Counted from the first letter of the stretch, positions 30,532 to 41,028 are shown. The stretch is 64,000 bases of DNA from Eubacterium sp. CAG:251 (GCA_000436835.1 FR889161.1:112741-176740); one strand, 5' to 3'. Numbers and translations are program-made. Notes: generated by a model from the letters alone, not told the origin.

Positions 30532-30550
30532 TAGGTGTAATAAAATTTTT

Positions 30551-30585
30551 ATAAAAAACAGAGCCGTAATTTTTACGGCTCTGCA
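30551..30585 (-). terminator. Rho-independent terminator of the surface-protein gene (minus strand)
   Basis: GCAGAGCCGTAAAAATTACGGCTCTG followed by TTTTTTAT on the minus strand. Confidence 0.75.
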
Positions 30586-30595
30586 AAATCAAATA

Positions 30596-31879
30596 TTATT
30601 TGGTTTTTATGGTTTTTACTTTGGACCATGAGGAATAAACCTTGATTGTTTTTCCTTGATATTTTACGTTTTTGTATGTGCGAATGCGAACGTAATATTT
30701 TTTCTTGGCTTTGAGCTTTTTAACAGTGGTTTTTGTGGTTTTCTGCTTAGAAATTGTAACAGTCTTTTTATTCTTTTTAAACTTCTTATCGGTTGCAAGC
30801 TGAATTTGGTATCCCTTGATTGTTTTTACTTTTTTCCACTTTACCGTTATTGCTTTTTTGCCCTTTGAAAGCTTTGAAATTGAAGCCTTTTTGTACTTGC
30901 TGTCAACCCAATTTCCGGATACCTTTTTCGCATTTTTTGTTGGCTTTGAAGCCTTTGTCGTAGTCGGTTTTGTGGTTGGCTGCGTTGATGAAGTTGCCTG
31001 CGGCTGCGCAGCTTGTGTTGTAGGAGCAGAAGTTGTTGTGGTAGTAGTTGTATAATTAGGATTTTTCACCTTGTGGCAAACTAAACAAAATTCCTCATTA
31101 TTGTCAAACACGTGATTATCGGTTTTTGCAAGTTCTTTTGTTTCCAAAGTTCTTTTGCAGATATCGCAAACAGTAGATAAAACACCTGTTTCGGCGCAAG
31201 TTGGCTCTTTTGTTATTTTTTGAATTCCAGTACACATACGAAGTTTTGGGTGTTCCTTATACTGTTTATCGCTTGTTGCCGCAGATATGCTCGGTTTCCA
31301 AACAGGTGCGTAGTGCGCATTATTCATATCACCGCCGGTATAAGGATAAGCGGCAAACGAAAAATTCGGAGCTTTTGCGCTGATTTCTTGAGCAGTTTCT
31401 CCGTCCAATGCATAAATGATTTTTGAAACGCTGTTATCTCTTTTTAAAAATGTAATAGTGTAAATATATTTAAACGGGTATTTATGATTTAAAGCCCATT
31501 CCTGAGTTTTCGATTTGTCAAAACCGTAAAAAGTAACATCATTTTTTCCGATAGGTAAAATTCCCTGTGCACTGATTTGACACGTTTGGTCATAAATAAT
31601 TACACTTTGTAATTTATCAGCCTTGCTGAAAGCATAGCTTTGAATCTCATCAATTCCGACATTTACAATAACTTTTGTGATTTTGTCGCCAATGTTTCCG
31701 TAATCGTAAGATGAAGCGCTGACAGTGCCTTTTCCGGTAAAGGTGAGCGTTCCGGTTGCCTCGTCAAAACTTGATTTAACGCTTTGCTCCGCCCTTGCCG
31801 TAATGTTAAGCCCGGCGCTCATAGTAAGAAGCATAACAAGGGATAAAAAGATTGATAATGCCTTTTTCACATAAACCAC
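30596..31879 (-). CDS. Secreted surface protein: signal peptide, LRR/BspA-like N-domain, Cys-containing module, Thr/Pro-rich linker, Lys-rich FN3-like C-terminal domain
   Basis: Signal peptide ALSIFLSLVMLLTMSAGLNITARA, a TTTTTTSAPTTQAAQPQATSSTQPTTKPTTTK linker and a C-terminal VKWKKVKTIKGYQIQLATDKKF...YYVRIRTYK FN3-like pattern. Confidence 0.55.
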   Translation of the reverse strand: MVYVKKALSIFLSLVMLLTMSAGLNITARAEQSVKSSFDEATGTLTFTGKGTVSASSYDYGNIGDKITKVIVNVGIDEIQSYAFSKADKLQSVIIYDQTCQISAQGILPIGKNDVTFYGFDKSKTQEWALNHKYPFKYIYTITFLKRDNSVSKIIYALDGETAQEISAKAPNFSFAAYPYTGGDMNNAHYAPVWKPSISAATSDKQYKEHPKLRMCTGIQKITKEPTCAETGVLSTVCDICKRTLETKELAKTDNHVFDNNEEFCLVCHKVKNPNYTTTTTTTSAPTTQAAQPQATSSTQPTTKPTTTKASKPTKNAKKVSGNWVDSKYKKASISKLSKGKKAITVKWKKVKTIKGYQIQLATDKKFKKNKKTVTISKQKTTKTTVKKLKAKKKYYVRIRTYKNVKYQGKTIKVYSSWSKVKTIKTK

Positions 31880-31950
31880 CCTTTATAATAAGTATATATT
31901 AATTATAACAAATAAAATAGTATTAATCAATATACATTATTGATTAAATA

Positions 31951-32208
31951 TCAATATAGATATTCATTGAAATATTTTAACAATTCGTTAGGTGTAACAT
32001 TTAAACATTTACAAAAAAGTGCAAATTCATAGTCAGTAACCTGACGTTGATTTTTTTCTATCTTACTAACCATTTGTTGGTCGATATTAACATTCATTAA
32101 CTGCATTTTTGCCGCTAATTCATTTTGGGATAAGCCGCATTCTTTTCTCAATTCTGCAAGTCGTTTGCCTATAATGTTTTTATTACCGTTAAAAGTTATT
32201 TGTTTCAC
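31951..32208 (-). CDS. XRE-family HTH transcriptional regulator (85 aa)
   Basis: IGKRLAELRKECGLSQNELAAKMQLMNVNIDQQMVSKIEKNQRQ is a HTH_XRE motif. GTG start with AAGGA RBS. Confidence 0.8.
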   Translation of the reverse strand: MKQITFNGNKNIIGKRLAELRKECGLSQNELAAKMQLMNVNIDQQMVSKIEKNQRQVTDYEFALFCKCLNVTPNELLKYFNEYLY

Positions 32209-32221
32209 ATAATCAGTCCTT

Positions 32222-32284
32222 ACGTTATATTAACGTATTGACAATATCATATATTTATTGTATAATTACGTCACAATAACGTAA
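32222..32284. promoter_or_regulatory. Divergent control region: consensus sigma-A promoter (TTGACA-N17-TATAAT, plus strand) flanked by two palindromes (ACGTTATATTAACGT and TTACGTCACAATAACGTAA)
   Basis: -35 at 32238-32243 and -10 at 32261-32266. Palindrome 1 ends 2 nt upstream of the -35 box. Palindrome 2 starts at the last base of the -10 box. This is the classic layout of a repressor-controlled promoter. Confidence 0.55.
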
Positions 32285-32317
32285 TCGTTAATTAAAATCA
32301 AGGAGTAAAAGATAAAA

Positions 32318-33274
32318 ATGAAAAAGAAAATAATTATACCGATTTCCATTGTTGTTTTAATCATAATTTTTATTGTGAGTTTTTCTATGTGTTCTTCAAG
32401 CAATTCGCAAGATTATTATGAGAATGATGATTTTAGCGAGACAGATGGATTTACAGAGGATAATGAAATTGAAGACAATATCAGTTCTGTAGGAAATGAA
32501 ACACTTCAATACCCGTCTGAAAATGACGAATGGGAATATGACGTGTATGAAACATATATAACGCTGAAAAAATATAAGGGAAACAGTAAAACGGTGAATA
32601 TCCCGTCCGAAATAGAAAATAAGCCTGTAAAATCAATAGGCTCTAAATGTTTTAATAAAGATGACCAAGGCGTTTATAATGATACACCGCCTCTCAAGGA
32701 ACCCGAATTTACTTCAATTAACATTCCTGATTCGATTGAAGTTATTGAATCAGCGGCGTTTAAAGGTGTTCAAATATCAAAACTGATAATTCCCAAAAGC
32801 GTATATTTTATTGACGAGTATGCATTTGCATATAATGATAAATTAGAAAACATAATCTTGCCCAACAGCATTACCGTAATTAAACAAGGAACATTTATGA
32901 ATTGCACAAATTTAAGTTCAATTCAATTACCTGATAATCTCGAAGAAATTCAGGGTGGGGCATTTGAAGCAACGGGATTAGAAAATTTAGTTATGCCTGA
33001 TTCGGTTGCAAAATGCGGCGACCAAGTATTTGCTTATTGTTCAAAGCTGAAAAGTGTAACATTGTCTGAATCGTTAATAACAGACACTAACGGAAGTGAA
33101 ATGTTTGAAAAATGTTCAAGTCTTACGGAAATTCATTTTTCAGGACTTGAAGCAGGATTGAATGAATATGACATTATTGGGGTAAATATAGATAATTTAA
33201 CTATATACGGCAAATCAGGTTCAAAAGCCGCAACTTCTGCCACAAGATTAGGCATAAAATTTGTTCTTGAATAA
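32318..33274 (+). CDS. Membrane-anchored leucine-rich-repeat (BspA-type) surface protein
   Basis: N-terminal TM IIIPISIVVLIIIFIVSF and an acidic linker. Repeated (I/L)P(D/N)S(I/V)xxIxxxAFxxC LRR units follow. Confidence 0.7.
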   Translation: MKKKIIIPISIVVLIIIFIVSFSMCSSSNSQDYYENDDFSETDGFTEDNEIEDNISSVGNETLQYPSENDEWEYDVYETYITLKKYKGNSKTVNIPSEIENKPVKSIGSKCFNKDDQGVYNDTPPLKEPEFTSINIPDSIEVIESAAFKGVQISKLIIPKSVYFIDEYAFAYNDKLENIILPNSITVIKQGTFMNCTNLSSIQLPDNLEEIQGGAFEATGLENLVMPDSVAKCGDQVFAYCSKLKSVTLSESLITDTNGSEMFEKCSSLTEIHFSGLEAGLNEYDIIGVNIDNLTIYGKSGSKAATSATRLGIKFVLE

Positions 33275-33282
33275 AAATAAAA

Positions 33283-33326
33283 AAGTGACCATAAGGCTGA
33301 ATTAACAGCTTTTATGGTCACTTTTT
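33283..33326. terminator. Bidirectional terminator between the LRR gene and typA
   Basis: AAAAAAGTGACCATAAGGCTGAATTAACAGCTTTTATGGTCACTTTTTTATT. Confidence 0.8.
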
Positions 33327-33337
33327 TATTTGAAATA

Positions 33338-35161
33338 TTATTTTTTTCTGCTTTCTGCTTTAAGTCTAAGTGACTTGTCAAGAATAGTCTTTCTCAAACG
33401 GATTGACTTAGGAGTTACCTCCAAAAGCTCATCGTCAGCCAAAAATTCCATACTCTGCTCAAGTGAAAGGGTAGTAGGCGGAACAAGCTTTAATGCCTCG
33501 TCAGAGCCGCTTGCACGTGTATTTGTAACATGCTTTTTCTTGCATACGTTGCAAACGATGTCCTCGTCCTTAGCGCACTCACCGACAATCATACCCTCAT
33601 ATACTTCAACACCCGGACCTACAAAAAGACGTCCACGGTCCTGAGTGTTCCAAAGACCGTAGCCTGTCGTAGTTCCTGTTTCGTGAACAACGATTGAGCC
33701 TCGATCTCTTGTTTCGATATCGCCCTTGAATTCCTCATATCCGGCGAAAAGCTGGTTCATAATGCCGTTGCCGTTTGTATCGGTCAAAAATTCCGAACGG
33801 TAGCCGATAAGACCTCTTGACGGAATTTTAATTTCAAGGTGGGTCATACCTGTTGAACGGGTATCCATATTCTCAATTTCGCCCTTGCGTGAGCAAAGCT
33901 TTTGCATAACGTTGCCGACGTATTCCTCAGGCACTTCGATAATAGCAAGCTCCATAGGCTCAAGCGTTCTGCCGTTTTCGTCCTTTTTAAGGATAACCTG
34001 CGGACGTGAAACCTGAAATTCGTAATTTTCTCTTCTCATAGTTTCAATAAGGATTGAAAGATGAAGCTCACCTCTGCCCGATACCTTGAAAGTATCCATA
34101 GAGTCTGTTTCCTCAACTCTCATTGATACGTTCGTTTCAACTTCTTTGAAAAGTCTGTCACGAAGGTTACGGGAAGTTACATATTTGCCCTCCTTGCCTG
34201 CGAAAGGAGAATCGTTTACCATAAAGTTCATAGAAATTGTAGGCTCGTCAATTTTAACGAAAGGAAGCGGCTCAATGCAGTTAGGGTCGCATGCTGTTTC
34301 GCCGATATTGAGGTCGGCAATACCTGCCACGCAAACTATATCGCCAAATTCGGCATCGTCGCAGTCAACTCTTTTAAGACCTTCAAATTGATAAATCTTA
34401 GAGAATTTAACGTTTTCCTGAGTGCCGTCCTGCCTGCAAAGAACATAAGGAGTGTTTACCTTAATTGTACCTCTCTCAACTCTGCCGACGCCGATTCTGC
34501 CAACATAATCGTCATATTCAAGAGATGAGAAAAGGATTTGAGCAGGGCCGTTTGGGTCACCTGTCGGGGATGGTATGTATTTAAGAATAGCGTCAAGAAG
34601 CGGCCTCATATCGCCCTCTCTTACGTTAGGGTCGAGGCTTGAATAACCGTCCTTTGCAGAAGCGAAAACAACAGGAAAATCAATTTGGTCATCATCTGCA
34701 CCAAGCTCTATAAAGAGGTCAAGCACCTCGTCAATAACCTCCTGCGGTCTTGCACCGTCACGGTCAATTTTGTTTACAACTACAAGCGGGGTTTTCTTAA
34801 GGCCTAAAGCCTTTTTAAGAACGAAACGTGTTTGCGGCATACAACCCTCAAATGCGTCAACAACAAGAATTACGCCGTCAACCATTGTAAGTATACGCTC
34901 AACCTCGCCGCCGAAATCAGCGTGACCCGGAGTATCAACAATGTTGATTTTTGTATCTTTATAGTGGATAGAAGTGTTTTTTGAAAGAATTGTAATTCCA
35001 CGCTCTTTTTCAAGGTCGTTGGAGTCCATAACTCTTTCCTGCACTGCCTCGTTATCACGGAAAATACCGCTTTGATGGAGCATTTCATCAACAAGGGTAG
35101 TCTTGCCGTGGTCAACGTGGGCAATGATAGCAATGTTTTTTATGTCTTTTCTTGTACTCAA
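33338..35161 (-). CDS. typA: Translational GTPase TypA/BipA
   Basis: IRNIAIIAHVDHGKTTLVD G1 motif, DTPGHADF and EF-G-like domains, at 607 aa. Confidence 0.95.
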   Translation of the reverse strand: MSTRKDIKNIAIIAHVDHGKTTLVDEMLHQSGIFRDNEAVQERVMDSNDLEKERGITILSKNTSIHYKDTKINIVDTPGHADFGGEVERILTMVDGVILVVDAFEGCMPQTRFVLKKALGLKKTPLVVVNKIDRDGARPQEVIDEVLDLFIELGADDDQIDFPVVFASAKDGYSSLDPNVREGDMRPLLDAILKYIPSPTGDPNGPAQILFSSLEYDDYVGRIGVGRVERGTIKVNTPYVLCRQDGTQENVKFSKIYQFEGLKRVDCDDAEFGDIVCVAGIADLNIGETACDPNCIEPLPFVKIDEPTISMNFMVNDSPFAGKEGKYVTSRNLRDRLFKEVETNVSMRVEETDSMDTFKVSGRGELHLSILIETMRRENYEFQVSRPQVILKKDENGRTLEPMELAIIEVPEEYVGNVMQKLCSRKGEIENMDTRSTGMTHLEIKIPSRGLIGYRSEFLTDTNGNGIMNQLFAGYEEFKGDIETRDRGSIVVHETGTTTGYGLWNTQDRGRLFVGPGVEVYEGMIVGECAKDEDIVCNVCKKKHVTNTRASGSDEALKLVPPTTLSLEQSMEFLADDELLEVTPKSIRLRKTILDKSLRLKAESRKK

Positions 35162-35188
35162 TTAAATCACCTTATTTCAAATTCTGCG

Positions 35189-36871
35189 TTATTTTGTAAT
35201 TTTAAAGCTGTCACGCAGTGCAACCGTTCTGTTAAATACAGGCTTTTCGTCTGTTGAATCCTTATCCTTGCAGAAATATCCGTTTCTCATAAACTGATAC
35301 TTAGCGCCGACTTCGCAGTTAAGAAGCGCTTTTTCAACATAGCCGCTTACGACCTTTAATGAGTCGGGGTTAAGGTTATCTTCAAATGAACTTACGCCCT
35401 CCTCGTCGCTTGGGTTTGCAACGTTGAAAAGTCTTTCATAAAGTCTTACCTCGCAAGGTACATTTTCCTTAGCCGATACCCAATGTATTGTGCCTTTAAC
35501 TTTTCTGCCGTCAGGGGAGTCACCGCCAAAGGTTTCAGGGTCGTAGGTTGCGTGAACACAGCAAACCTCGCCGTTTTCGTCAAGGTCATATCCTGTGCAA
35601 GTTACGTAATAAGCCTTGTAAAGTCTGACTTCGTTGCCGACAAAAAGACGTCTGTATTTCTTAATAGGCTCAACCATAAAGTCGTTTTTCTCAATCCAAA
35701 GCTCTTTGGTAAAAGGAATCTTTCTTGTGCCGTATTCAGGGTGGTCGGGGTGATATTCGCACTCAATTTCCTCAACCTTGCCCTCAGGGAAATTATCAAT
35801 AACAAGCTTAACAGGGTCAATAACAGCCATAGCTCTCGGTGAGTTAGTGCCGAGATTATCTCTTACGCAAGCCTCAAGAAGCGCAAAATCAATAACGCTG
35901 TATGCCTTTGACACACCTATTCTTTCGCAAAAATCACGAATAGCGGCAGCAGGATATCCTCTTCTTCTCATACCGCTGATTGTTGCCATTCTTGGGTCAT
36001 CCCAGCCGGAAACAATATTGTCCTGAACAAGCTTTAAGCACTTTCTCTTTGAGGTGAGTGTGTAGTTAAGATTCATTCTTGCAAATTCAATCTGCCTTGG
36101 CTTTTCACCCTCAATAAGTTCGTCTACAAACCAATTGTAAAGCGGTCTGTGATTTTCAAATTCAAGCGAACAAAGCGAATGGGTTACACCCTCATAAGCG
36201 TCTGAAAGCGGGTGCGCAAAGTCATACATAGGATATACGCACCATTTGTCGCCTGTTCTGTGGTGGTGAGCATACATAATTCTGTAAATGATAGGGTCAC
36301 GCATATTGAGGTTAGGAGATGCCATATCGATTTTTGCCCTAAGCACCATTTTGCCCTCTTCAAATTCACCCTTTGTCATTCTGTCAAACAGGTCAAGGTT
36401 TTCATCAATGCTTCTGTCACGGTAAGGTGAATTTTTACCCGGCTCGGTAAGCGTGCCTCTGTATTCTCTCATCTGCTCAGGTGAAAGCTCACAAACGTAA
36501 GCCTTGCCCTTTTTGATAAGCTTGATTGCACATTCATATAAGAAATCAAAATAATCCGACGCATAGTAGAGATTGTCCCAATCAAAGCCGAGCCATTTGA
36601 TATCCTCTTTTATGGCATCAACATATTCAGTGTCCTCTTTAATCGGATTTGTATCGTCAAGTCGGAGATTGCATTTGCCTTTGTATTTTTCTTTTACGCC
36701 GAAATTGATGCAAATTGCCTTAGCATGACCGATATGAAGATATCCGTTTGGCTCAGGAGGAAAACGTGTTTGAATTTTTGAATATTTGCCTTCGGCTAAA
36801 TCCTCGTCAATAAAATCATGAATGAAATTTGACGGTGCTTTTACTTCTTCGTTCTTTTCTGCTTCTGCCAT
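35189..36871 (-). CDS. glnS: Glutaminyl-tRNA synthetase
   Basis: [23 protein letters not shown] region and a C-terminal anticodon-binding beta-barrel, at 560 aa. Confidence 0.85.
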   Translation of the reverse strand: MAEAEKNEEVKAPSNFIHDFIDEDLAEGKYSKIQTRFPPEPNGYLHIGHAKAICINFGVKEKYKGKCNLRLDDTNPIKEDTEYVDAIKEDIKWLGFDWDNLYYASDYFDFLYECAIKLIKKGKAYVCELSPEQMREYRGTLTEPGKNSPYRDRSIDENLDLFDRMTKGEFEEGKMVLRAKIDMASPNLNMRDPIIYRIMYAHHHRTGDKWCVYPMYDFAHPLSDAYEGVTHSLCSLEFENHRPLYNWFVDELIEGEKPRQIEFARMNLNYTLTSKRKCLKLVQDNIVSGWDDPRMATISGMRRRGYPAAAIRDFCERIGVSKAYSVIDFALLEACVRDNLGTNSPRAMAVIDPVKLVIDNFPEGKVEEIECEYHPDHPEYGTRKIPFTKELWIEKNDFMVEPIKKYRRLFVGNEVRLYKAYYVTCTGYDLDENGEVCCVHATYDPETFGGDSPDGRKVKGTIHWVSAKENVPCEVRLYERLFNVANPSDEEGVSSFEDNLNPDSLKVVSGYVEKALLNCEVGAKYQFMRNGYFCKDKDSTDEKPVFNRTVALRDSFKITK

Positions 36872-38532
36872 TATTTATTCTCCTTGTAATATTCAAGTGC
36901 TTTTGTAAGTCTTTCTTTAACTCTCTTTTCGCCTAAAAGAGCGGTGATAGAGAAAAGGTCAGGAGTGTTAGTTCTGCCTGTTAAAGCAACACGTATAATT
37001 GTTGATACGTCACCAACGTGACCTTTGAAATTGTCAGGATTTTGCTTGTATTCCTTAACGTTGGGAGTGCAGCCGCACGGCTCGCAAATTGATTTAATCC
37101 TTGAAAACCAAGCGTCCTTGTCATCATTTAAATTAACTTCATCAATGTATTTTTCAAGAACGCTCTTTGCAAGTTCATTTGTTGCATTGCCGCAAAGCTC
37201 ATAGCAAGGGGTAAACGTTTCATCATACATATAACTGACATAATCCGGAATATCGGACCATTTTGCGAGGTCCTTTCTCGGCTTTTTGTTTTCTCGGTCG
37301 ATATTAAGAATATCCTTTGCATATTGCTCGTCCTTAGCATAAAGAGCTGCAAGCTTTTCGTCATATTCCTTTGCCCAAGCATTTGATAATTCAAATACTT
37401 CTTCGGCGCTCATTTTGCTTATAACGTTTTTGGAAATATCGGTAAGCTTAACAAAGTCAAACAATGCGCCCGACGCACTCATCTTTTTAAGATTAAACGG
37501 AAAATCATAAATGCTTGCGTTTTGATTTGCCCTTCTCCAATCCTCAAAGTTAGAGTTCAAAATTGTCATCATATATTCGTTTACCGAAGCGGCAGGGTAG
37601 CCAACCTCGGAATAATACGAAACAGCAGCCTCAGGGTCTTTTCTTTTCGAAAGCTTGCGCTTACCGCCGTTTTCCTCCTTCATAATCGGAGCAACGTGGG
37701 CATATTTAACAGGCTTGAAGCCAAGTACCTTGAAAAGCTGAAGGTGAAGAGGAACGGAGGCAATCCATTCGTCGCCTCTTGTTACGTGTGTTGTCCTCAT
37801 CAAATGGTCGTCAATTGCATGAGCAAAGTGATATGTCGGAATTCCGTCTGTTTTAAGAAGCACAACGTCAATAACATTTTCAGGCATTTCAATTTTGCCC
37901 TTAATCATATCGTCAAAATAACATTTTTTTTCAATATCGCCAGGCGATTTTAATCTTAATGTCCACGGCATACCGTTTTCAATGTTTTGCTTTATTTGCT
38001 CAAATGAAAGGTTACGGCACTTTGCATATTTGCCCCAATAACCCTTTATGTCATCATTTTCTTGCTGCTGCCTGATTTCGTCAATCTCCTCGGCAGTGCA
38101 AAAGCACGGATACGCAAGCCCTTGTTTAACAAGGCTTTTTGCATACGTTTGGTAAATTTCTTTTCTTGCGCTTTGGTAATAAGGTCCGTAATCGCCGATT
38201 TCATTTCCTTCGCCGATAACGCCTTCGTCAGCCTTAATTGTGTAAACCTCAAGACCTTTGAGCATAGCGTCAACAGCACCGTCAACTTTTCTTTTTTGGT
38301 CTGTATCCTCAACTCTTACAAAAAATACTCCGCCTGTGTTCTTAGCAGTAAGATAAGAAGCGAAGCAGGTGTAAAGATTTCCGAAATGGAGATATCCGGT
38401 AGGACTTGGTGCAAATCTTGTTACTCTTGCGCCCTCTTTAAGCTGCCTCGGCGGATATTTTTCCTCATAGTATTCAGGTGCTTTGTCTATGTTTGGAAAA
38501 AGCAAATCAGCAAGTTCGTCAAAATTCATCAT
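36871..38532 (-). CDS. gltX: Glutamyl-tRNA synthetase
   Basis: [22 protein letters not shown] motif and KLSKR KMSKS-like motif, at 553 aa. Confidence 0.85.
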   Translation of the reverse strand: MMNFDELADLLFPNIDKAPEYYEEKYPPRQLKEGARVTRFAPSPTGYLHFGNLYTCFASYLTAKNTGGVFFVRVEDTDQKRKVDGAVDAMLKGLEVYTIKADEGVIGEGNEIGDYGPYYQSARKEIYQTYAKSLVKQGLAYPCFCTAEEIDEIRQQQENDDIKGYWGKYAKCRNLSFEQIKQNIENGMPWTLRLKSPGDIEKKCYFDDMIKGKIEMPENVIDVVLLKTDGIPTYHFAHAIDDHLMRTTHVTRGDEWIASVPLHLQLFKVLGFKPVKYAHVAPIMKEENGGKRKLSKRKDPEAAVSYYSEVGYPAASVNEYMMTILNSNFEDWRRANQNASIYDFPFNLKKMSASGALFDFVKLTDISKNVISKMSAEEVFELSNAWAKEYDEKLAALYAKDEQYAKDILNIDRENKKPRKDLAKWSDIPDYVSYMYDETFTPCYELCGNATNELAKSVLEKYIDEVNLNDDKDAWFSRIKSICEPCGCTPNVKEYKQNPDNFKGHVGDVSTIIRVALTGRTNTPDLFSITALLGEKRVKERLTKALEYYKENK

Positions 38533-38715
38533 TTTCTCACCCTTATGTATAAAATTCCAATTTAAAATTACATAATATTATTACATAAAATCTATAAATA
38601 TTCAATATTAAATTATATATTTTTTATTATTTAGAATATTATTATTGAAAATAGACAGATTATGTGATAAATTAAACTATAATCTATATATTATTTTAGA
38701 TTTTGGGGTTTTAAA

Positions 38716-39732
38716 ATGGGTAAAAGAATAGCACTTTGGGATAATCTTAAGTTATTTTTGATTTTTTTGGTTGTGCTTGGGCATCTTTCGTTTGATTATT
38801 TTGATTCAAGCCAAATGTTTCGCACAATTTCAATGGTTATTTATACCTTCCATATGCCGGCATTTGTATTTATAAGCGGGCTTTTTTGTAAAAGGAGTGT
38901 TAACAGCGATTCTCCGCCGATTAAGCGTTTTTTCTCTTTTATGATGCTCTATTTATTTTCAAGAATACTTAACTACATACCTAATATCATCTTCGGCGTG
39001 CACTCGTTTTTTGACGTGCTTTCTGCCAAGGACGAGCCGTGGTATATGATGGCAATGGCGCTTTGGTATATGATGGCATGGGCAGTAAGAAAGATTGATT
39101 CAAAATATGTACTTATTACAAGTATAGTATTCGGATGTTTTATCGGATATATGAAAGGCAATACCGATTTTCTTTGCATTATGCGCCTGATAACGTTCTT
39201 CCCGTTCTTCTATGCGGGTTGTGTGCTTGATTTGGATAAGGTCAATAAGGTTACGTCAACTAAGGGAGCAAGGATATTTTCGGCAATATATTTTTTCGCT
39301 TTTGTACTCATAATGACGCTTACTGTTGACTACTCGCAGGAACTTTTCCCGCTTTTAAGCGGACGAAGAAGATATTTTGCGCTTGATGACAGCCTTGCCG
39401 ATTTCGGTTGCCTTTTGCGTCTTGCATATTATGTTGTGGTCGGGCTGTTAATATTCTCTATTGTGTCCCTTTGTCCACGCAAAAAACTCAGAATTACTTC
39501 CGGCGGCAGGAAAACGCTTCAGATTTATATTTATCACCGTCCGATTTTATATATAATGGAAAATGCAGGTCTTTTTTATCTTATTCATCAAATTGGTGAA
39601 GGCTGGGAATGGGTAGCGATTATCCTTATCTTTGCGCTTACGGCACTTTTGTGTTTTGATTTTTGGCAAAAGCCGATTGATTTTATTATGAATCCAAAAT
39701 TAAAGGAGAAAGAAAATGCAATTACCAAATGA
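38716..39732 (+). CDS. Acyltransferase-3 family integral membrane protein (O-acyltransferase)
   Basis: WDNLKLFLIFLVVLGHL N-terminal signature with about 10 TM helices. Confidence 0.75.
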   Translation: MGKRIALWDNLKLFLIFLVVLGHLSFDYFDSSQMFRTISMVIYTFHMPAFVFISGLFCKRSVNSDSPPIKRFFSFMMLYLFSRILNYIPNIIFGVHSFFDVLSAKDEPWYMMAMALWYMMAWAVRKIDSKYVLITSIVFGCFIGYMKGNTDFLCIMRLITFFPFFYAGCVLDLDKVNKVTSTKGARIFSAIYFFAFVLIMTLTVDYSQELFPLLSGRRRYFALDDSLADFGCLLRLAYYVVVGLLIFSIVSLCPRKKLRITSGGRKTLQIYIYHRPILYIMENAGLFYLIHQIGEGWEWVAIILIFALTALLCFDFWQKPIDFIMNPKLKEKENAITK

Positions 39733-39892
39733 CCCTGTTATGCTTATGAGTGTTATTAATCTTAAGCTTCGTGATTTTTACTCAAACCTTGACGCTTTGT
39801 GTGAAGATATGAATGTTGATAAAGGTGAACTTTCAGAAAAGCTTTCCTCGGCAGGCTTTGAATATGACGAAGAGCATAATCAATTTATATAA
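39716..39892 (+). CDS. DUF4250-family small protein (58 aa), absent from the ORF track
   Basis: MQLPNDPVMLMSVINLKLRDFYSNLDALCEDMNVDKGELSEKLSSAGFEYDEEHNQFI, with RBS AAAGGAGAAAG. It overlaps the acyltransferase 3' end by 17 nt. Confidence 0.6.
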   Translation: MQLPNDPVMLMSVINLKLRDFYSNLDALCEDMNVDKGELSEKLSSAGFEYDEEHNQFI

Positions 39893-39915
39893 TATCTATG
39901 TATAATTTATTATTT

Positions 39916-39951
39916 CAGCCACAGTTTTTTTACTGCGGCTGAATTTTTTTT
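39916..39951 (+). terminator. Rho-independent terminator
   Basis: CAGCCACAGT...ACTGCGGCTG stem followed by T8. Confidence 0.65.
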
Positions 39952-39962
39952 CAAAAAAGTAT

Positions 39963-40009
39963 TGACTTTTTGAAAAATATGTGTATAATCTAAATTGTAA
40001 TCGATACAA
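39963..40009 (+). promoter_or_regulatory. Sigma-A promoter (TTGACT...TGTATAAT) plus candidate Fur/PerR-type operator TTGTAATCGATACAA
   Basis: -35 at 39963-39968 and -10 at 39984-39989. An imperfect 7-1-7 palindrome at 39995-40009 lies immediately downstream of the -10 box. Confidence 0.4.
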
Positions 40010-40050
40010 AATAACATTCGTTACAAATTAGCACGAAAGGAAGTGAGCAA

Positions 40051-40464
40051 ATGCAGACTAAGGAAATAACAGAACTTTTCAAGCAAAATGGTATTAAGGC
40101 AACAGCGCAAAGAATTGCTGTTTATAAATATCTTTATGAAAACAGAATTCACCCCGATGTTGATACCGTTTATAAAAATATGGTTAAGGATAATCCTTCT
40201 TTTTCAAAAACTACTGTTTATAATTGCTTGCAGGCGCTTACCGACAGCGGGCTGATTATTCCGGTTGTTATTGAGAGTGAAAAAATCAGATATGATGCCA
40301 ATCCTAATTTTCATTCGCATTTTAAATGCAGATGCTGCGGAGGAATATTTGATTTCACTTGCAAAATCAGCAATGTTGAGGGCATTGACGGTTTTGATAT
40401 CGAGCGCAGAGATGTATATTACAGCGGAATTTGCAAAGGCTGTAAAGGAAAAACAAAAAACTAA
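40051..40464 (+). CDS. Fur-family metalloregulator (PerR-like)
   Basis: ATAQRIAVYKYLYEN DNA-binding helix, HxH region (HSHFKCRCCGG) and a C-terminal CxxC (CKGCKGK). Confidence 0.8.
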   Translation: MQTKEITELFKQNGIKATAQRIAVYKYLYENRIHPDVDTVYKNMVKDNPSFSKTTVYNCLQALTDSGLIIPVVIESEKIRYDANPNFHSHFKCRCCGGIFDFTCKISNVEGIDGFDIERRDVYYSGICKGCKGKTKN

Positions 40465-40494
40465 AATAATTTTAATTTAAAGGAGTAATTTATT

Positions 40495-41028
40495 ATGGCT
40501 AAGAAGTATTATTGTCCGGTATGCGGATACGAAAGTGACGAACCTATCGATGTTTGCCCTGTTTGCGGTGCAAAGATGGCAGTAAGAGAAGAGGGCGAAA
40601 CCTCTTGGGCTGCAGAGCATAAGGTAGGCATTATCGACGGTGTCAGTGAAGAAATCGTAAACGGCCTTCGTGAAAATTTCCAGGGCGAGTGCACCGAGGT
40701 TGGTATGTATCTTGCAATGGCAAGAGTAGCTCACAGAGAGGGCTATCCTGAAATCGGTCTTTATTGGGAAAAGGCTGCTTATGAAGAAGCAGAACACGCT
40801 GCAAAATTTGCTGAAATGCTCGGTGAAGTTGTAACAGATTCAACTAAGAAAAATCTTGAAATGAGAGCTGCTGCAGAAAACGGAGCAACACTCGGCAAAA
40901 CTCAGCTTGCAAAGCTTGCTAAGGAGCAGGGTCTTGACGCAATCCACGACGCTGTTCATGAGATGGCAAGGGATGAAGCCCGTCATGGAAAGGCATTCGA
41001 GGGTCTTCTTAAGAGATATTTTGCATAA
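40495..41028 (+). CDS. Reverse rubrerythrin (N-terminal rubredoxin-like CxxC pair plus C-terminal ferritin-like di-iron domain)
   Basis: YYCPVCGY...CPVCGA followed by ExxH motifs ([19 protein letters not shown]). Confidence 0.85.
   Translation: MAKKYYCPVCGYESDEPIDVCPVCGAKMAVREEGETSWAAEHKVGIIDGVSEEIVNGLRENFQGECTEVGMYLAMARVAHREGYPEIGLYWEKAAYEEAEHAAKFAEMLGEVVTDSTKKNLEMRAAAENGATLGKTQLAKLAKEQGLDAIHDAVHEMARDEARHGKAFEGLLKRYFA

Noticed and set aside
30451-30592. N-terminal extension of htpG (MILQSRKNYGSV...)
   Set aside because: The extension reads through the promoter, the CIRCE element and the upstream terminator. The canonical HtpG N-terminus starts at MRKKQF and has its own RBS.
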